In this document: piece by piece, positions 11,828-22,452 of the stretch | Position numbering within the stretch: the first letter of the stretch is position 1 | Layout of the letters: every line of letters begins with the position of its first letter | NCBI GenBank assembly: GCA_041484665.1 | Contig: JBGPIA010000005.1 | Location: 64,001-128,000 of the forward strand | Length of the DNA: 64,000 bases | Direction: 5' to 3' | Source: Candidatus Krumholzibacteriia bacterium | Lineage (GTDB): Bacteria > Krumholzibacteriota > Krumholzibacteriia > JAJRXK01 | The notes under the pieces: generated by a model | Told to the model about the DNA's origin: nothing | The model's input: the letters and a program-made list of their open reading frames with translations, nothing else | Database searches by the model: none | Made by a program: the position numbers and the translations under genes

Positions 11828-12631
11828 ATGCCAGGCTCCCACGACTTCGACCCCAACACGGCCTGGGGGGCGGGGGACCGTTCGGCGGACCAGCCTCTTG
11901 ACGATCCTCGGGCGCCCAGAGCGGAGGCTCCGTTGCGTAATCTCGACCTCGAGCTCGACCTGGACCTGGATCTTCCTGGAGAGGTCGAGGCGCGCCGGCG
12001 CATGGCGGAGCAGGCCGCTCGCGCGGCCAGCCCGGCCGATGCCGCGGCCGGCGAGACGCCGCCCGCCCAGGGGCCGCCGGCCGCGGGCGTCGCGGAGGCG
12101 GCCGCCGGGGGGTCGGCAGAAACGTCCGCGGAGGCCGCCGCCGGCCCCATCCGCGCCGCAGGCGACCAGGATCTGGCCGCCGCCATGGAGCAGCTCCAGG
12201 CAGAAGTGCAGCTCAATCGTGAGAAGTGGCTGCGCGCCATGGCCGAGTTGGAGAACTTCCGCAAGCGGACGCGCCGGGAGATGGAGTCTTCCATCCTTTT
12301 TGCTAACGCCAATCTATTGAGGGAGCTCTTGGAGGTGCTCGACAATTTCGAGCGGGCCCTCTCCGCTCCCGTGGGCGGCGAGAACGGGCCGGGAAATGCG
12401 TTGGCGCAAGGAGTTCGGCTGATCTACGAGCGTTTCCGCGACATCCTCCGCCAGAACGGGGTCGTGCGCATCGACGCGGTGGCTGTCCCGTTCGATCCGA
12501 ATTTGCACGAGGCGATCTCGCAAGTTGAGAGTGAGGGAGTCCCGAGTCACCACGTGGTGGAGGTCGCGCAGGCCGGCTACCTCCTCAAGGACATGGTCCT
12601 GCGCCCGGCCCGGGTGGTCGTCGCAAAGTAA
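11828..12631 (+). CDS. grpE: Nucleotide exchange factor GrpE with long low-complexity N-terminus
   Basis: LRAMAELENFRKR, LLEVLDNFERAL, FDPNLHEAI, GYLLKDMVLRPARVVV; GAGGAG SD. Confidence 0.95.
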   Translation: MPGSHDFDPNTAWGAGDRSADQPLDDPRAPRAEAPLRNLDLELDLDLDLPGEVEARRRMAEQAARAASPADAAAGETPPAQGPPAAGVAEAAAGGSAETSAEAAAGPIRAAGDQDLAAAMEQLQAEVQLNREKWLRAMAELENFRKRTRREMESSILFANANLLRELLEVLDNFERALSAPVGGENGPGNALAQGVRLIYERFRDILRQNGVVRIDAVAVPFDPNLHEAISQVESEGVPSHHVVEVAQAGYLLKDMVLRPARVVVAK

Positions 12632-12661
12632 GGGGTCGCTCCCGGCCTCTTGGGGGGTTCC

Positions 12662-14455
12662 ATGAGCAAGGTCATCGGCATCGATCTGGGGACGACCAAC
12701 AGCGTGGTCGCCATCCTCCAGATGGGCCAGCCTGAGGTGATCGTGAACCAGCACGGCCACCGCACGACGCCTTCGGTGGTGTGCAAGAGCAAGACGGCGG
12801 AGTGGCTGGTCGGGCAGCTCGCCAAGCGCCAGGCGGTGACGAACCCGGAGCACACCGTCTGCTCGATCAAGCGCTTCATGGGACGCCGCTTCGACGAGGT
12901 CTCCACCGAGATCGCCCGCGTCAGCTACACCGCCATCAAGGACCCCAACGGCATGGTCGCCGTCGAGATCGACGACCAGCTCCACAGCCCCGTCGAGTTC
13001 TCGGCGATGATCCTGCGCACCCTGCGCGAGTGTGCCGAGGAGTCCACCGGCGAGGACATCAAGCAGGCCGTGATCACCGTGCCGGCTTACTTCAACGATG
13101 CGCAGCGTCAGGCCACCAAGGACGCCGGGCGCGTCGCCGGGCTGGACGTCCTGCGCATCATCAATGAGCCCACCGCGGCGGCGCTGGCCTTCGGCCTCGA
13201 CAAGCACACCAACCAGCGCATTGCCGTCTACGACCTCGGCGGCGGCACGTTCGACATCTCGATCCTGCACGTCGGCGATGGCGTATTCGAGGTGAAGGCC
13301 ACCAACGGCGACACCCACCTGGGCGGCGACGATATCGACCAGGTCGTGATCGAGTATCTGGTGGAGGAGTTCAAGAAGGCGCAGCGGATCGACCTCGGCC
13401 GCGACCGCATGGCCATGAGCCGGCTGCGCGAGGCCGCGGAGAAAGCCAAGTGCGAGCTCTCCACGAGCCTCGAGGCGCACATCAACATCCCGTTCGTCAC
13501 CAGCGACGAGAGCGGCCCCGTGCACCTGGACATGACGATCTCTCGAGCGCGTTTCGAGAAGCTGGTGCAGCCGCTCATCGAGCGCACGCTGGAGCCCTGT
13601 CGCGCCTGCCTGACCGACGCCGGCATGAAGACCGCCGAGATCGACGAAGTGATCCTGGTCGGCGGCTCCACGCGCATCCCGGCCGTCCAGGAGGCGGTGG
13701 CCAAGCTCTTCGGCAAGCGGCCGAACAAGACCGTCAACCCCGATGAGGTCGTGGCGCTGGGCGCGGCGATCCAGGCCGGGGTGCTCAGCGGCGACGTCGA
13801 GGACGTGCTCCTGCTCGACGTGACGCCGTTGTCGTTGGGCATCGAGACGCTGGGCGGCGTGATGACCAAGCTCATCGATCGCAACACCACCATCCCCACG
13901 CGCAAGACCCAGATCTTCTCCACAGCTACCGACAATCAACAAGCGGTCAGCATCCACGTCCTGCAGGGCGAGCGCGAGATGGCTGCCGACAACCGCAGCC
14001 TGGGGCGCTTCGACCTCGTGGGGCTGCCGCCGGCGCCGCGCGGCGTGCCGCAGATCGAGGTGACGTTCGACATCGATGCCAACGGGATCCTGGAGGTCTC
14101 TGCGCGCGACATGGGCACGGGCAAGGCCCAGAAGATCTCCGTGAAGAGCACGAGCAATCTGCGCGAGGACGACATCGAGCGCATGGTGCGCGAGGCGGAG
14201 ATCCGCGCCGAGGAGGACCGGCAGAAGCGCCGGCTGGCCGAGGCGCGCAACCGTGCCGAGATGCTCCTGCTCAACGTCGAGGGCGTGATCAAGGACTACG
14301 GCGAGCGCGTGACGGAAGAGGACCGCAATAGGATCGCGGAGGACGCCGTGGCCCTGCGCGATCTACTGGAGGGGGAGGACATCGCCGCCATCCAGGCGGC
14401 CATCGAGAAGCTCAACACCTCCTCCCACAAGGTGGCCGACGTCCTGTACCGCTGA
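12662..14455 (+). CDS. dnaK: Hsp70 chaperone DnaK (lacks the acidic disordered C-tail)
   Basis: [48 protein letters not shown]; diderm-type N-terminal insert present. Confidence 0.97.
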   Translation: MSKVIGIDLGTTNSVVAILQMGQPEVIVNQHGHRTTPSVVCKSKTAEWLVGQLAKRQAVTNPEHTVCSIKRFMGRRFDEVSTEIARVSYTAIKDPNGMVAVEIDDQLHSPVEFSAMILRTLRECAEESTGEDIKQAVITVPAYFNDAQRQATKDAGRVAGLDVLRIINEPTAAALAFGLDKHTNQRIAVYDLGGGTFDISILHVGDGVFEVKATNGDTHLGGDDIDQVVIEYLVEEFKKAQRIDLGRDRMAMSRLREAAEKAKCELSTSLEAHINIPFVTSDESGPVHLDMTISRARFEKLVQPLIERTLEPCRACLTDAGMKTAEIDEVILVGGSTRIPAVQEAVAKLFGKRPNKTVNPDEVVALGAAIQAGVLSGDVEDVLLLDVTPLSLGIETLGGVMTKLIDRNTTIPTRKTQIFSTATDNQQAVSIHVLQGEREMAADNRSLGRFDLVGLPPAPRGVPQIEVTFDIDANGILEVSARDMGTGKAQKISVKSTSNLREDDIERMVREAEIRAEEDRQKRRLAEARNRAEMLLLNVEGVIKDYGERVTEEDRNRIAEDAVALRDLLEGEDIAAIQAAIEKLNTSSHKVADVLYR

Positions 14456-14555
14456 CGGCGTGGCGCGTCGGACCGGCTCGCACCGCTGACGCGCCCGCAC
14501 GCGGTTCCCGCCCCGCAGCGATGCGCTCGAGGCAGCGCCGTACCGCGGGCCGCTC

Positions 14556-14656
14556 GGCCCGTACGGCCCTGCGCGCGACGGTCCTCGCCCGCCATCCGAT
14601 CAAGTGTGGATTCCAACCGCGGGCTGCGGAGTGTCGCGCAGAGGACCGTAGGGGCC
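14556..14656 (+). repeat. Hairpin element copy A (REP/REPIN-like family)
   Basis: cgcgacggtcctcgcccgc (from 14574) ... gcgggctgcggagtgtcgcg (14619-14638), flanked by ggccc/gggcc and tacgg/ccgta; 20-bp and 19-bp blocks identical to copy E at 48.2 kb. Confidence 0.85.
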
Positions 14657-14712
14657 AAAGGGGCGCGATCGTCCGTGCTGCACGAGACCCCGGACTTCTG
14701 CGCGCGCTCGGT

Positions 14713-14819
14713 GCGGGATTCTCCGCCAGGCGCTCCGCACCCCCCAGCGCGCCGCCGCGATCGAAAGCTTGGAGCAGTGGTTCGCGCTGCGGGGCGAGGG
14801 CTGCGCAGCGGTGAACCGC
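14713..14819 (-). repeat. Hairpin element copy B (inverted orientation)
   Basis: Reverse complement aligns along its length with copy C at 31.0 kb; exact blocks of 20 bp (14780-14799 vs 31015-31034) and 12 bp (14745-14756 vs 31059-31070). Confidence 0.85.
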
Positions 14820-14845
14820 TCGCCGGGCGTCCCCCGCCTGGGCCA

Positions 14846-14873
14846 TTGCCAGCGGCGGCGGAGCGCCTATCCT
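14846..14873 (+). promoter_or_regulatory. Putative sigma70 promoter for dnaJ
   Basis: TTGCCA-16 bp-TATCCT, about 60 bp upstream of the dnaJ start. Confidence 0.45.
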
Positions 14874-14935
14874 TTGTCCCAATCGTTCGAGCCTGCCTGC
14901 TTCCTGGATGTTGAGACCGCGGCGGTGGTGCCCTC

Positions 14936-16063
14936 GTGAGCAAGCGCGACTACTACGAGATTCTGGGCGTGCAGCGCGACGCTGGCACCGAGGACGTCAA
15001 GCGTGCCTACCGCAAGCTGGCCGTTAAGTACCACCCCGACAAGAACCCCGGGGATCCCGCCGCCGAGGAGCGGTTCAAGGAGGCCACGGAGGCCTACGAG
15101 GTTCTGCGCGACGAGGACAAGCGGCGCTCCTACGACCAGTTCGGCCACGCCAGCGTCGCTGGCGCACGCGGCGGCGGGCCCGCGGCTGGCGGCGGGTTCG
15201 AGTTCGACCTCAGCGACGCCCTGCGGGCGTTCATGCGCGACTTCGGCGGCTTCGCCGACGTGTTCGGCGACCCGGGCCGAGCGCGGGGTGGACGCGGTGG
15301 CCGCGGGCGCGACCTGCAGATGAAGGTCGGGCTGACGCTGCGCGAGATCGCCACTGGCGTCGAGAAGAAGATCAAGCTGAACAAGCTCGTGCGCTGCGGC
15401 ACGTGCGGCGGATCCGGCGCCAAGCAGGGATCGGGCCCCACCACGTGCCCGCAGTGCGGTGGCCGGGGCCAGCTGCATCGTGTGCAGCGCACGCTGCTGG
15501 GCCAGATCATGAATGCGGTGACCTGTCCCACCTGCCATGGCGAGGGGACCGTCATCGCGCACGCCTGCGACGCGTGCAATGGCACCGGTACGCTGCGCGG
15601 CACCGAGATGATGGAGGTCAAGATCCCCGCCGGCGTCTCCAGCGGCAACTATCTCACGCTCAAGAGCCACGGTGACGCTGGGGAGCACGGCGCGCCCAAC
15701 GGCGACGTGTTCGTGGTGATCGAGGAGGAGGAGGACGAGCTCTTCGAGCGCCACGGCGACGATCTGCTGATCAACGTCCCGGTTTCCAGCTTCGACCTGG
15801 CGCTGGGGACGAAGGTGCAGGTGCCCACCGTGGACGGCAAGGTGAGCCTGCGGATCCCGCCCGGCACCCAGTCCCACAAGATCTTCCGCATGCGCCAGAA
15901 GGGGATTCCCCACCTGCACGGCCATGGGCGCGGGGACGAGCTCGTGCGCGTGATCGCTTGGACGCCCCAGGAGCTCACCCAGGAGCAGCGCGAGCAGCTC
16001 GAGACGCTGCGCGCCCGGCTTGGCGACGGGATCCCGGCTCCCGGCCGCAAGATCTACAGCTGA
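14936..16063 (+). CDS. dnaJ: Chaperone DnaJ
   Basis: KRDYYEILGV, HPD motif, four CxxCxGxG repeats. Confidence 0.98.
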   Translation: MSKRDYYEILGVQRDAGTEDVKRAYRKLAVKYHPDKNPGDPAAEERFKEATEAYEVLRDEDKRRSYDQFGHASVAGARGGGPAAGGGFEFDLSDALRAFMRDFGGFADVFGDPGRARGGRGGRGRDLQMKVGLTLREIATGVEKKIKLNKLVRCGTCGGSGAKQGSGPTTCPQCGGRGQLHRVQRTLLGQIMNAVTCPTCHGEGTVIAHACDACNGTGTLRGTEMMEVKIPAGVSSGNYLTLKSHGDAGEHGAPNGDVFVVIEEEEDELFERHGDDLLINVPVSSFDLALGTKVQVPTVDGKVSLRIPPGTQSHKIFRMRQKGIPHLHGHGRGDELVRVIAWTPQELTQEQREQLETLRARLGDGIPAPGRKIYS

Positions 16064-16070
16064 GCCTGCC

Positions 16071-16805
16071 ATGCAAGTCTTCCTGTTGGGCGAGCGGGCG
16101 CGCAGCGGCAACTCGATCTTCTGCGAGGGTCCCGAGGCGCACCACATCCTCAAGGTCCTGCGCCTACGTCCGGGAGACCCGCTGCTTTTCGCCGACGGAC
16201 ACGGGAGCTTCCTGCACGTGCGCATCGATCGCTGCGACGGACACAGCCTCCACGGCCAGATCGAGCGCGTCGAGGACGACGCGCGCGAAATAGGGGCGCC
16301 GCGCGCCACGTTGGCGTTGGCCCTGCTCAAGGGAGACCACTTCGACGTCGCGCTGGAGAAGGCCGTCGAGTTGGGCGTCCACCGGATCCTACCGCTGGCC
16401 GCCGAGCGCTGCGTGGTGCGTCTCGATGTGAAGGGGGCGCGCGCCAAGGTGGAGCGTTGGCAACGGGTCGTCGAGAGCGCGATGAAGCAGGCCGCGCGCT
16501 CGTGGCTGCCGCCGGTGGAGGAGCCCTGCGACCTGCGCGCGCTGCCGGAGCGCGTCGCGTCCGGCGTCCCCTGGATCGTGGGCGACGAGGAGGAGCGCGA
16601 GCGCACGGTGGAGCAGGCGTGCCCGCCAGCCGGCTCCCCCTTCCTGGCGATCGTCGGGCCCGAGGGAGGGTTCTCCCCCTCGGAGAAGCAGTGGCTGCGC
16701 CAGCAGGGGGCTGCCGCCGTAACCCTGTCGCCCTTCCGGCTGCGGGCCGAGACCGCTGCGATCGCCCTGCTGGCGCAGCTGTGCGCGCCACGAGGGGCTC
16801 CTTGA
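16071..16805 (+). CDS. rsmE: 16S rRNA (uracil1498-N3)-methyltransferase
   Basis: HHILKVLRLRPGD, EKAVELGV, VGPEGGFS, LRAETAAI; follows dnaJ. Confidence 0.95.
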   Translation: MQVFLLGERARSGNSIFCEGPEAHHILKVLRLRPGDPLLFADGHGSFLHVRIDRCDGHSLHGQIERVEDDAREIGAPRATLALALLKGDHFDVALEKAVELGVHRILPLAAERCVVRLDVKGARAKVERWQRVVESAMKQAARSWLPPVEEPCDLRALPERVASGVPWIVGDEEERERTVEQACPPAGSPFLAIVGPEGGFSPSEKQWLRQQGAAAVTLSPFRLRAETAAIALLAQLCAPRGAP

Positions 16806-16831
16806 CCGCGGGCGGCGCCGCTGCCTAGACT
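16802..16831 (+). promoter_or_regulatory. Putative sigma70 promoter for yqeY-cvpA-mutS2, overlapping the rsmE stop codon
   Basis: TTGACC-18 bp-TAGACT. Confidence 0.55.
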
Positions 16832-16876
16832 GCCCGACGTCCCCCTGCTGTCCGTACCGCCCGGGAGAGCCACGTC

Positions 16877-17329
16877 GTGAGCGACTCGCTGGCTGACCGC
16901 CTCCACGTCGACATGGTTGCCGCCATGAAGGCCAAGGACAAGGACCGCCTGTCGGTGCTGCGCATGCTCATCGCAGGCGTCAAGGACGCCGCCATCGAAA
17001 AGCGCGCGGCGCTCAAGGACGACGAGACCCTGCGCGTGCTGTCGGCCTACGCCAAGAAGCGCCAGGAGGCCCAGGCTGAGGCACGCAAGGCCGGCCGCGA
17101 CGAGCTGGCCGCGCGCGAGGAGTTCGAGCTCTCGGTCGTTCGCTCCTACTTGCCCCAGCCGCTCACCGATGCGCAACTGCAGGAGCTGGTGGATACCGTG
17201 GTGGTCGAGCTGGGCGCAGCCTCGATCAAGGACATGGGCCGGGTGATGAAGGCGTGTCTCGAGCGCGCCGCCGGACGTGCCGACGGCTCGCGTCTCAACC
17301 CGCTGGTCAAGGCGCGACTGGGCGGGTGA
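16877..17329 (+). CDS. yqeY: GatB/YqeY domain protein
   Basis: DMVAAMKAKDKDRLSVLRML, YLPQPLT, KDMGRVMK, GRADG. Confidence 0.92.
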   Translation: MSDSLADRLHVDMVAAMKAKDKDRLSVLRMLIAGVKDAAIEKRAALKDDETLRVLSAYAKKRQEAQAEARKAGRDELAAREEFELSVVRSYLPQPLTDAQLQELVDTVVVELGAASIKDMGRVMKACLERAAGRADGSRLNPLVKARLGG

Positions 17330-17351
17330 GGGTGCGCACCGCGCGCTCGCC

Positions 17352-17903
17352 ATGCATCTGGTCTTGGGCGCCGTCCTGCTGCTGCTCGCCTTCTTCGTCG
17401 TGCAGGGGTTCCGTGAGGGCGTGATCCGCCGCGTCCTGGAGATCGCGGGGCTTTTGGCCATCTTCCTGTTCGCCTCGCGTCTGGCCGACCTGCTGGAGCC
17501 GCGCCTGACGCGCTGGCTCTCCATCTCGCCCACGCTGGCCTTCTTCGCTGCCTGGACCGTCGTGCTGCTCGCAGGCGTGATCGTGGTGCGCATGGTGGCC
17601 CTGGCCATGTCCAAACTGCTCGCGTTCTCGGTGATCGGGTGGCTGGACCGGCTGGGTGGAGCGGTGCTGGGCGCCGCGTTCGGCTGCTTCGTCGCGAGCT
17701 GCCTGCTCCTGATGCTGGTCGCCTCCCGTGCGGATGAGGGGTTCAAGCAGGAGGTCATGCACAACCCGGTGACCGGGCGGCTGCTGCGCGTCGCGCCAGC
17801 CGTCTACGACGCGGCCCGCGCCGTGTGGGGCGGCGAGCCCTTCGAGAAGGTGGCGCGCCTGCGCCTGGAGCCCGCGCTGCGCAGGGCGGTCTCCGGGAAC
17901 TGA
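17352..17903 (+). CDS. CvpA (colicin V production) family membrane protein
   Basis: GFREGVIRRV, LDRLGGAVLG; several TM helices; cvpA-mutS2 synteny. Confidence 0.88.
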   Translation: MHLVLGAVLLLLAFFVVQGFREGVIRRVLEIAGLLAIFLFASRLADLLEPRLTRWLSISPTLAFFAAWTVVLLAGVIVVRMVALAMSKLLAFSVIGWLDRLGGAVLGAAFGCFVASCLLLMLVASRADEGFKQEVMHNPVTGRLLRVAPAVYDAARAVWGGEPFEKVARLRLEPALRRAVSGN

Positions 17904-18001
17904 GCCTCGGCGGGCGCCGCACCGGTTGCCGCAGGGTGCCGCGGCGGGGGTGCCCGCATCGCCCGCATCACCGCCAGCCGATCGTTCGCGAGGGCCGTGC
18001 C

Positions 18002-20533
18002 GTGAGCCTGCTCGCAACCGCCCAGGGACGCCGCGCCGCGCGCCTGCTCGAGCTGCCCGCCGTGCTGCGCCTGGTGGCCAATCGCTGCGCCACGCAGCGC
18101 GGGCGCGAGCAGCTGTTGGCCCTGGAGCCGCTGACCGATCCAGAGGCGCTGGCCGACCTGTGGGCCCACGTGCGCGAGCTGATGCTCCTGACGGAGCAAG
18201 GCGGCGGCCTCCCGCTGGGCGACTTGCTCGAGCTGCGCGCGGCGATCGGGCCGGACCGCCCGCACGCCGGGCCGCTCGACCCGCCGGTCCTGGCTGGCAT
18301 CGGTGCGGCCTGCCTGTCGCTGGCCACGGTGCGCGAGGCCGTCCTGGCCCTTGGGCCGCGCCTGCCGCGCAGCGCCGCGCTGCTGGCCAGCACCGCCTCT
18401 CCACGCGCTCTGGGCGTGCACCTCGCCGCCGCGCTCGAGCCCGACGGGCGCATCAAGGATGGCGCGAGCCCGAAGCTGGCCGCCCTGCGCCGCGCGGTGA
18501 CGGCCGCCGCGGTGCGCGTGCGCGAAGTGGCGCGCCGCGAGATGGCGCGCGCGGTGGAGCACGAATGGGCCGGCGGTCCCGAGCTGGTGCTGCGCGGGGA
18601 GCGCTACTGCATCCCGGTGACGGCGCGCCACCGCCGCCACGTGGCCGGCGTGATGCACGACCGCTCCGAAACCGGTGCGACGATCTTCGTCGAGCCGCTG
18701 GCCGTGGTCGAGGCGGCCAACGAGCTGCAGGAGGCACGGCTCAGCGCGCAGGAGGAGGAGCGCCGGATCATCGCCGCGCTCAACCAGGAGATCGCCGGCC
18801 GCGCGCCCGAGCTGCTCGCGCTCTACGAGCGCGTCGTCGTCCTGGACGCTGTGCGGGCGCGGGCGCTGTGGGGCGTGCACGAGGGAGGATGGGCCCCGCA
18901 GCTGCTGGCGCCCGGCAGCGGTGTGCTCGCCCTGTCGGGGTTCCGTCATCCGCTGCTCAACGCGGGGCTCGCCGCGGCGGGGCGGGCGCACGAGCTCATC
19001 CCGCTGGACCTCGAGCTCGGGCCCTCCGACCGCGTCCTGCTCGTCAGCGGACCCAACGCCGGCGGCAAAACGGTGGCGATGAAAGCGGTCGGGCTGGCGG
19101 TGCTCATGGCCCAATCGGGGATCCCGCTCCCGGCGCGGGCCGCGCCGCGGCTGACTCTCCAGGAGCGGGTGCTGATGGACCTGGGCGACGAGCAGTCCAT
19201 CGCCGACGCCCTGAGCAGCTTCAGCGCGCACCTGACCAACCTGCGCGAGATCGTGAAGCTGGCGAACGCCAGCTCGCTGGTGCTGCTGGACGAGGTGGGG
19301 GGCGGAACCGATCCGGAGGAGGGCATCGCGCTGGCGCGCGCCGTGCTCGAGACGCTTGTGGCGCGCAGAGCGACGACGGTGGCGACCACGCACTACGGGC
19401 AGCTCAAGGCGATGATCCACCAGGCGCCGGGGTTCCGCAACGCGAGCATGGCTTACGACGCGCAGGAGTTGCGGCCCCGCTTCCAGCTCGTGCTGGACGT
19501 ACCCGGCAGCAGCCACGCCCTGGAGATCGCCCAGCGCATCGGGCTGCCCGCCGAGATCGTGGAGCGAGCGCGCGCCCTGGTGGGGGACGAGACGCTGCGC
19601 CTGGACGCGTTGCTGTCCGAGATGGAAGCGCAGCGCGCTGCGCTGGCCGCGGCGCTCGCAGAGGCGGAGCAGCAGGCACTGGCCGCTCGGCATACCCGCC
19701 AGCACTACGAGGCGCTGGCGGCCGAGGTGCGGCAAACCCGCCGCCAGCGCCTCGACGAGGCGCAGCGCCAGGCTGCAGGCATCGTGCGTGGCGCGCGGGC
19801 GCGCATCGAGCGGCTGCTGGCGCAGATGCGCTCCGCCGCCGAGCGCGAGGCCGCGCAGCGGGAAACCGCGCGGCGGGACACGGGCGCGGGAGCGGGTGCA
19901 GACGCGGGCGCTGCGGCGGGCGCGGGCTTGGTCCCGGGCGCCGCACCGGCGAGCAGCCCGGGACGCGACACTCTGGCGGCAGCGGCGGAGCGAGCGCGCG
20001 CCGAGGCGGACGCGCTCGCGGAGCAGCTTGACCGCGAGCTGTCCGGGCGAGCTGCCCGCGCTGCGGCGCTGTCCCCGGCGCGGCTGCTCGCGGGCGAGTG
20101 GGTGCTGCACCGGGGCCTGGGCAAGGAGGGCCGGATCGTGGCGGTGCGCGGCGGCCGCGTGACCCTGGAGGTGGATGGGCTGCGCGTGGTCGCTGGCCCG
20201 GACGATCTAGCGGCGGCCGCGCCCGCCGACCCTGCCGACTCGCCGCCGCAGGCCGGCCAGGTGCGGGCATTGCTCACCGACCTCCCACGTGGACCCGCCG
20301 TCCAGATCGACGTGCGCGGCAGGGACGTCGAGGACGCGTGGGACGCCGTGGACAAGGAGCTTGACCGCTGCGTTGCGGCGGGGGTCGCGACCGTGGAGGT
20401 CATCCACGGCAAGGGCACCGGCCGGTTGCGCCGGGGGCTCGCCGAGCGCCTCCAGCGCGACCCGCGGGTGCGCGGCGCGCAGTTGGGCGGTGAGGGCGGA
20501 GCCGACGACGGCTGCACCGTCGTGCGGCTCTGA
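18002..20533 (+). CDS. mutS2: MutS2 family ATPase with C-terminal Smr domain
   Basis: HDRSETGATIFVEP, SGPNAGGKT, LSSFSAHL, LLDEVGGGTDPEEG, TTHY, Smr IHGKGTGRLR. Confidence 0.93.
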   Translation: MSLLATAQGRRAARLLELPAVLRLVANRCATQRGREQLLALEPLTDPEALADLWAHVRELMLLTEQGGGLPLGDLLELRAAIGPDRPHAGPLDPPVLAGIGAACLSLATVREAVLALGPRLPRSAALLASTASPRALGVHLAAALEPDGRIKDGASPKLAALRRAVTAAAVRVREVARREMARAVEHEWAGGPELVLRGERYCIPVTARHRRHVAGVMHDRSETGATIFVEPLAVVEAANELQEARLSAQEEERRIIAALNQEIAGRAPELLALYERVVVLDAVRARALWGVHEGGWAPQLLAPGSGVLALSGFRHPLLNAGLAAAGRAHELIPLDLELGPSDRVLLVSGPNAGGKTVAMKAVGLAVLMAQSGIPLPARAAPRLTLQERVLMDLGDEQSIADALSSFSAHLTNLREIVKLANASSLVLLDEVGGGTDPEEGIALARAVLETLVARRATTVATTHYGQLKAMIHQAPGFRNASMAYDAQELRPRFQLVLDVPGSSHALEIAQRIGLPAEIVERARALVGDETLRLDALLSEMEAQRAALAAALAEAEQQALAARHTRQHYEALAAEVRQTRRQRLDEAQRQAAGIVRGARARIERLLAQMRSAAEREAAQRETARRDTGAGAGADAGAAAGAGLVPGAAPASSPGRDTLAAAAERARAEADALAEQLDRELSGRAARAAALSPARLLAGEWVLHRGLGKEGRIVAVRGGRVTLEVDGLRVVAGPDDLAAAAPADPADSPPQAGQVRALLTDLPRGPAVQIDVRGRDVEDAWDAVDKELDRCVAAGVATVEVIHGKGTGRLRRGLAERLQRDPRVRGAQLGGEGGADDGCTVVRL

Positions 20534-20639
20534 GCGGCGGCGTCGCGCGCCCCTGGCCACGGGCTCCCGCCCCTCCTAGATTGGGGATGTCCACGCCTCA
20601 ACGCACGCTCCGGCTCTCTCGCGGTCGACGCTGCCACGC

Positions 20640-22385
20640 ATGGGACGGATTCCCGAGGACGTCATCGAGAAGGTTCGCGAGGAGACCGCGATCGAGGAGG
20701 TCGTCGGCCACTTCCTCCGTCTGCAACGCAGTGGCACGTCGTTCAAGGCCCTCTGCCCGTTCCACCAGGAGAAGACCCCCAGCTTCCACGTCAACCCCCA
20801 GCGGCAGATCTTCTACTGCTTCGGATGCCATCGCGGCGGGGACGTGTTCCGATTCCTGATGGACCGCGAGGGGATGTCCTACCCTGAGGCGATCGAGTGG
20901 TGTGCGAGCCGGCTGGGGCTCGACGTGTCGCGCTACGCGCACGAGGAGGGCTCCGCTCCCGACGGGCGTGCAACGGTGCTGGCGGCCAATGCCTGGGCCG
21001 CCGGCTGGTTCAAGGAGCGCCTCGGCGCGCCGCGGGGCGCGGCGGCCCGCGAGTACGTGCGGGCGCGCGGGCTGCGCCCGGAAACCATCGACGTGTTCGG
21101 CCTGGGGCTCTCCGCCCCGGCAGGGGACGATGCCACCGAGCTGTTGGTCGCGGCCAAGGCGGCGGGCCACGATGCCGAGACGTTGCTGTTGGCGGGGCTG
21201 CTCATGCGGCGCGACAACCGGGGCCCCTTGGCCTATTTCCGGGGCCGTCTTATATTTCCGATCCGAGGTGTCGCGCAGAAGGTCCTGGGTTTCGGCGGCC
21301 GAATCCTCGGGGCGGGCGAGCCCAAGTACCTGAATTCTCCGGAAACCACAGTCTTCCAGAAGCGCCGCGTGCTGTACGCCCTGGCCGAGGCGCGAGCGAG
21401 CATCGTCCGCAAGCGGAGCGCCATCCTCGTCGAGGGGTACGTGGACGCCCTCGCCCTGCACCAGGCGGGGTGGACGCAGACCGTGGCCACCTGCGGCACC
21501 GCGCTGGCGCCCGAGCAGGCGGCCCTGCTGGCCCGCTACGCGGACACCGTGGTGCTGCTGCTGGACGGCGACGCGGCTGGACGCAAGGCTGCGTTCCGCG
21601 CTGCCGATGTGGCGCTGGCCGCCGGGCTGGACGTGCGGATCGGACGGCTGGCGGGGGGCAGGGACCCGGCGGATCTGGTGCAGGCCGACGAGCGCGAGAC
21701 GCTGCGCGTCGCGATCGAGCAGGCGCCCGATCTCGTGCACCGGTTGGCGCAGGTCGTGCAGGAGCGCGAAGGGGGACGGGAAGTGAAGGAGCGGGCGCTC
21801 GCGCATTTGAAGACCACGCTCGCGGCCGTCCGCGACCCGGTGCGCGCCGACCTGATGGCCGAGGAGGCGGAGAAGGTGCTGGGAATCAAGGCGGCGCTCC
21901 TGCGCGATCAGACCGCTCGCCGCACCCAGCCGCAGGCTGCCCAAAGCGAGCGTGCCCACGACGCCGATCCCGGGGTCGTCCTGGAGCGCACGGTCCTCCG
22001 CCTGGCGCTGGCCTCCTCCGACGCGCGTGCCCTGCTGTTCACCCGTCTGGGCGCCGCCGACCTGGTCGATCCCCTGGCAAGCGAGCTGTTCAGGGCGCTC
22101 CACCAGCGCGGTGACGCGGCGGGCGCCGTGAACGCGTCATTGCTGGACGGGCTCTCCCCGCCGGCGCAGGCGTTTGCCGCCCACTTGATGATGGACCTGC
22201 CCACCGGGCTGCCCGACGCGGTCGCCGAGCTCTCGGCCGCGCTGGACGCCCTGAGCCGCCGGTCGCGCCGTGCAGAGGAGACGCTGCGGCGCACGCGCAT
22301 GAACGAGCAGTACGCATGGGGGGATGGCGACTGGCGCAGCGAGCTCGCGCGGCGCGAAGCCCAGGGCGACGATCCCACCCGCTGA
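20640..22385 (+). CDS. dnaG: DNA primase
   Basis: [11 protein letters not shown] zinc finger, [26 protein letters not shown]; upstream of rpoD. Confidence 0.97.
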   Translation: MGRIPEDVIEKVREETAIEEVVGHFLRLQRSGTSFKALCPFHQEKTPSFHVNPQRQIFYCFGCHRGGDVFRFLMDREGMSYPEAIEWCASRLGLDVSRYAHEEGSAPDGRATVLAANAWAAGWFKERLGAPRGAAAREYVRARGLRPETIDVFGLGLSAPAGDDATELLVAAKAAGHDAETLLLAGLLMRRDNRGPLAYFRGRLIFPIRGVAQKVLGFGGRILGAGEPKYLNSPETTVFQKRRVLYALAEARASIVRKRSAILVEGYVDALALHQAGWTQTVATCGTALAPEQAALLARYADTVVLLLDGDAAGRKAAFRAADVALAAGLDVRIGRLAGGRDPADLVQADERETLRVAIEQAPDLVHRLAQVVQEREGGREVKERALAHLKTTLAAVRDPVRADLMAEEAEKVLGIKAALLRDQTARRTQPQAAQSERAHDADPGVVLERTVLRLALASSDARALLFTRLGAADLVDPLASELFRALHQRGDAAGAVNASLLDGLSPPAQAFAAHLMMDLPTGLPDAVAELSAALDALSRRSRRAEETLRRTRMNEQYAWGDGDWRSELARREAQGDDPTR

Positions 22386-22452
22386 TCATTCTGGCTGGCC
22401 GCCGGGCGGCGGCAGGACCCTCAGCTACGGCCCACAAAGGACGCACGCCGAG

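Noticed and set aside
14453..14914. Selenocysteine or readthrough extension of dnaK past its TGA (the frame stays open to 14914)
   Set aside because: The extension is Arg/Pro/Ala-rich, unlike a DnaK tail, is not a Cys-equivalent position, and is explained by the repeat cluster. I found no in-frame-UGA selenoprotein in the window.
14456..14935. tmRNA, 6S RNA or SRP RNA in the dnaK-dnaJ or dtd-maf spacers
   Set aside because: No tRNA-like T arm or CCA end, tag frame or SRP loop seen; the structure is accounted for by the dispersed repeat.
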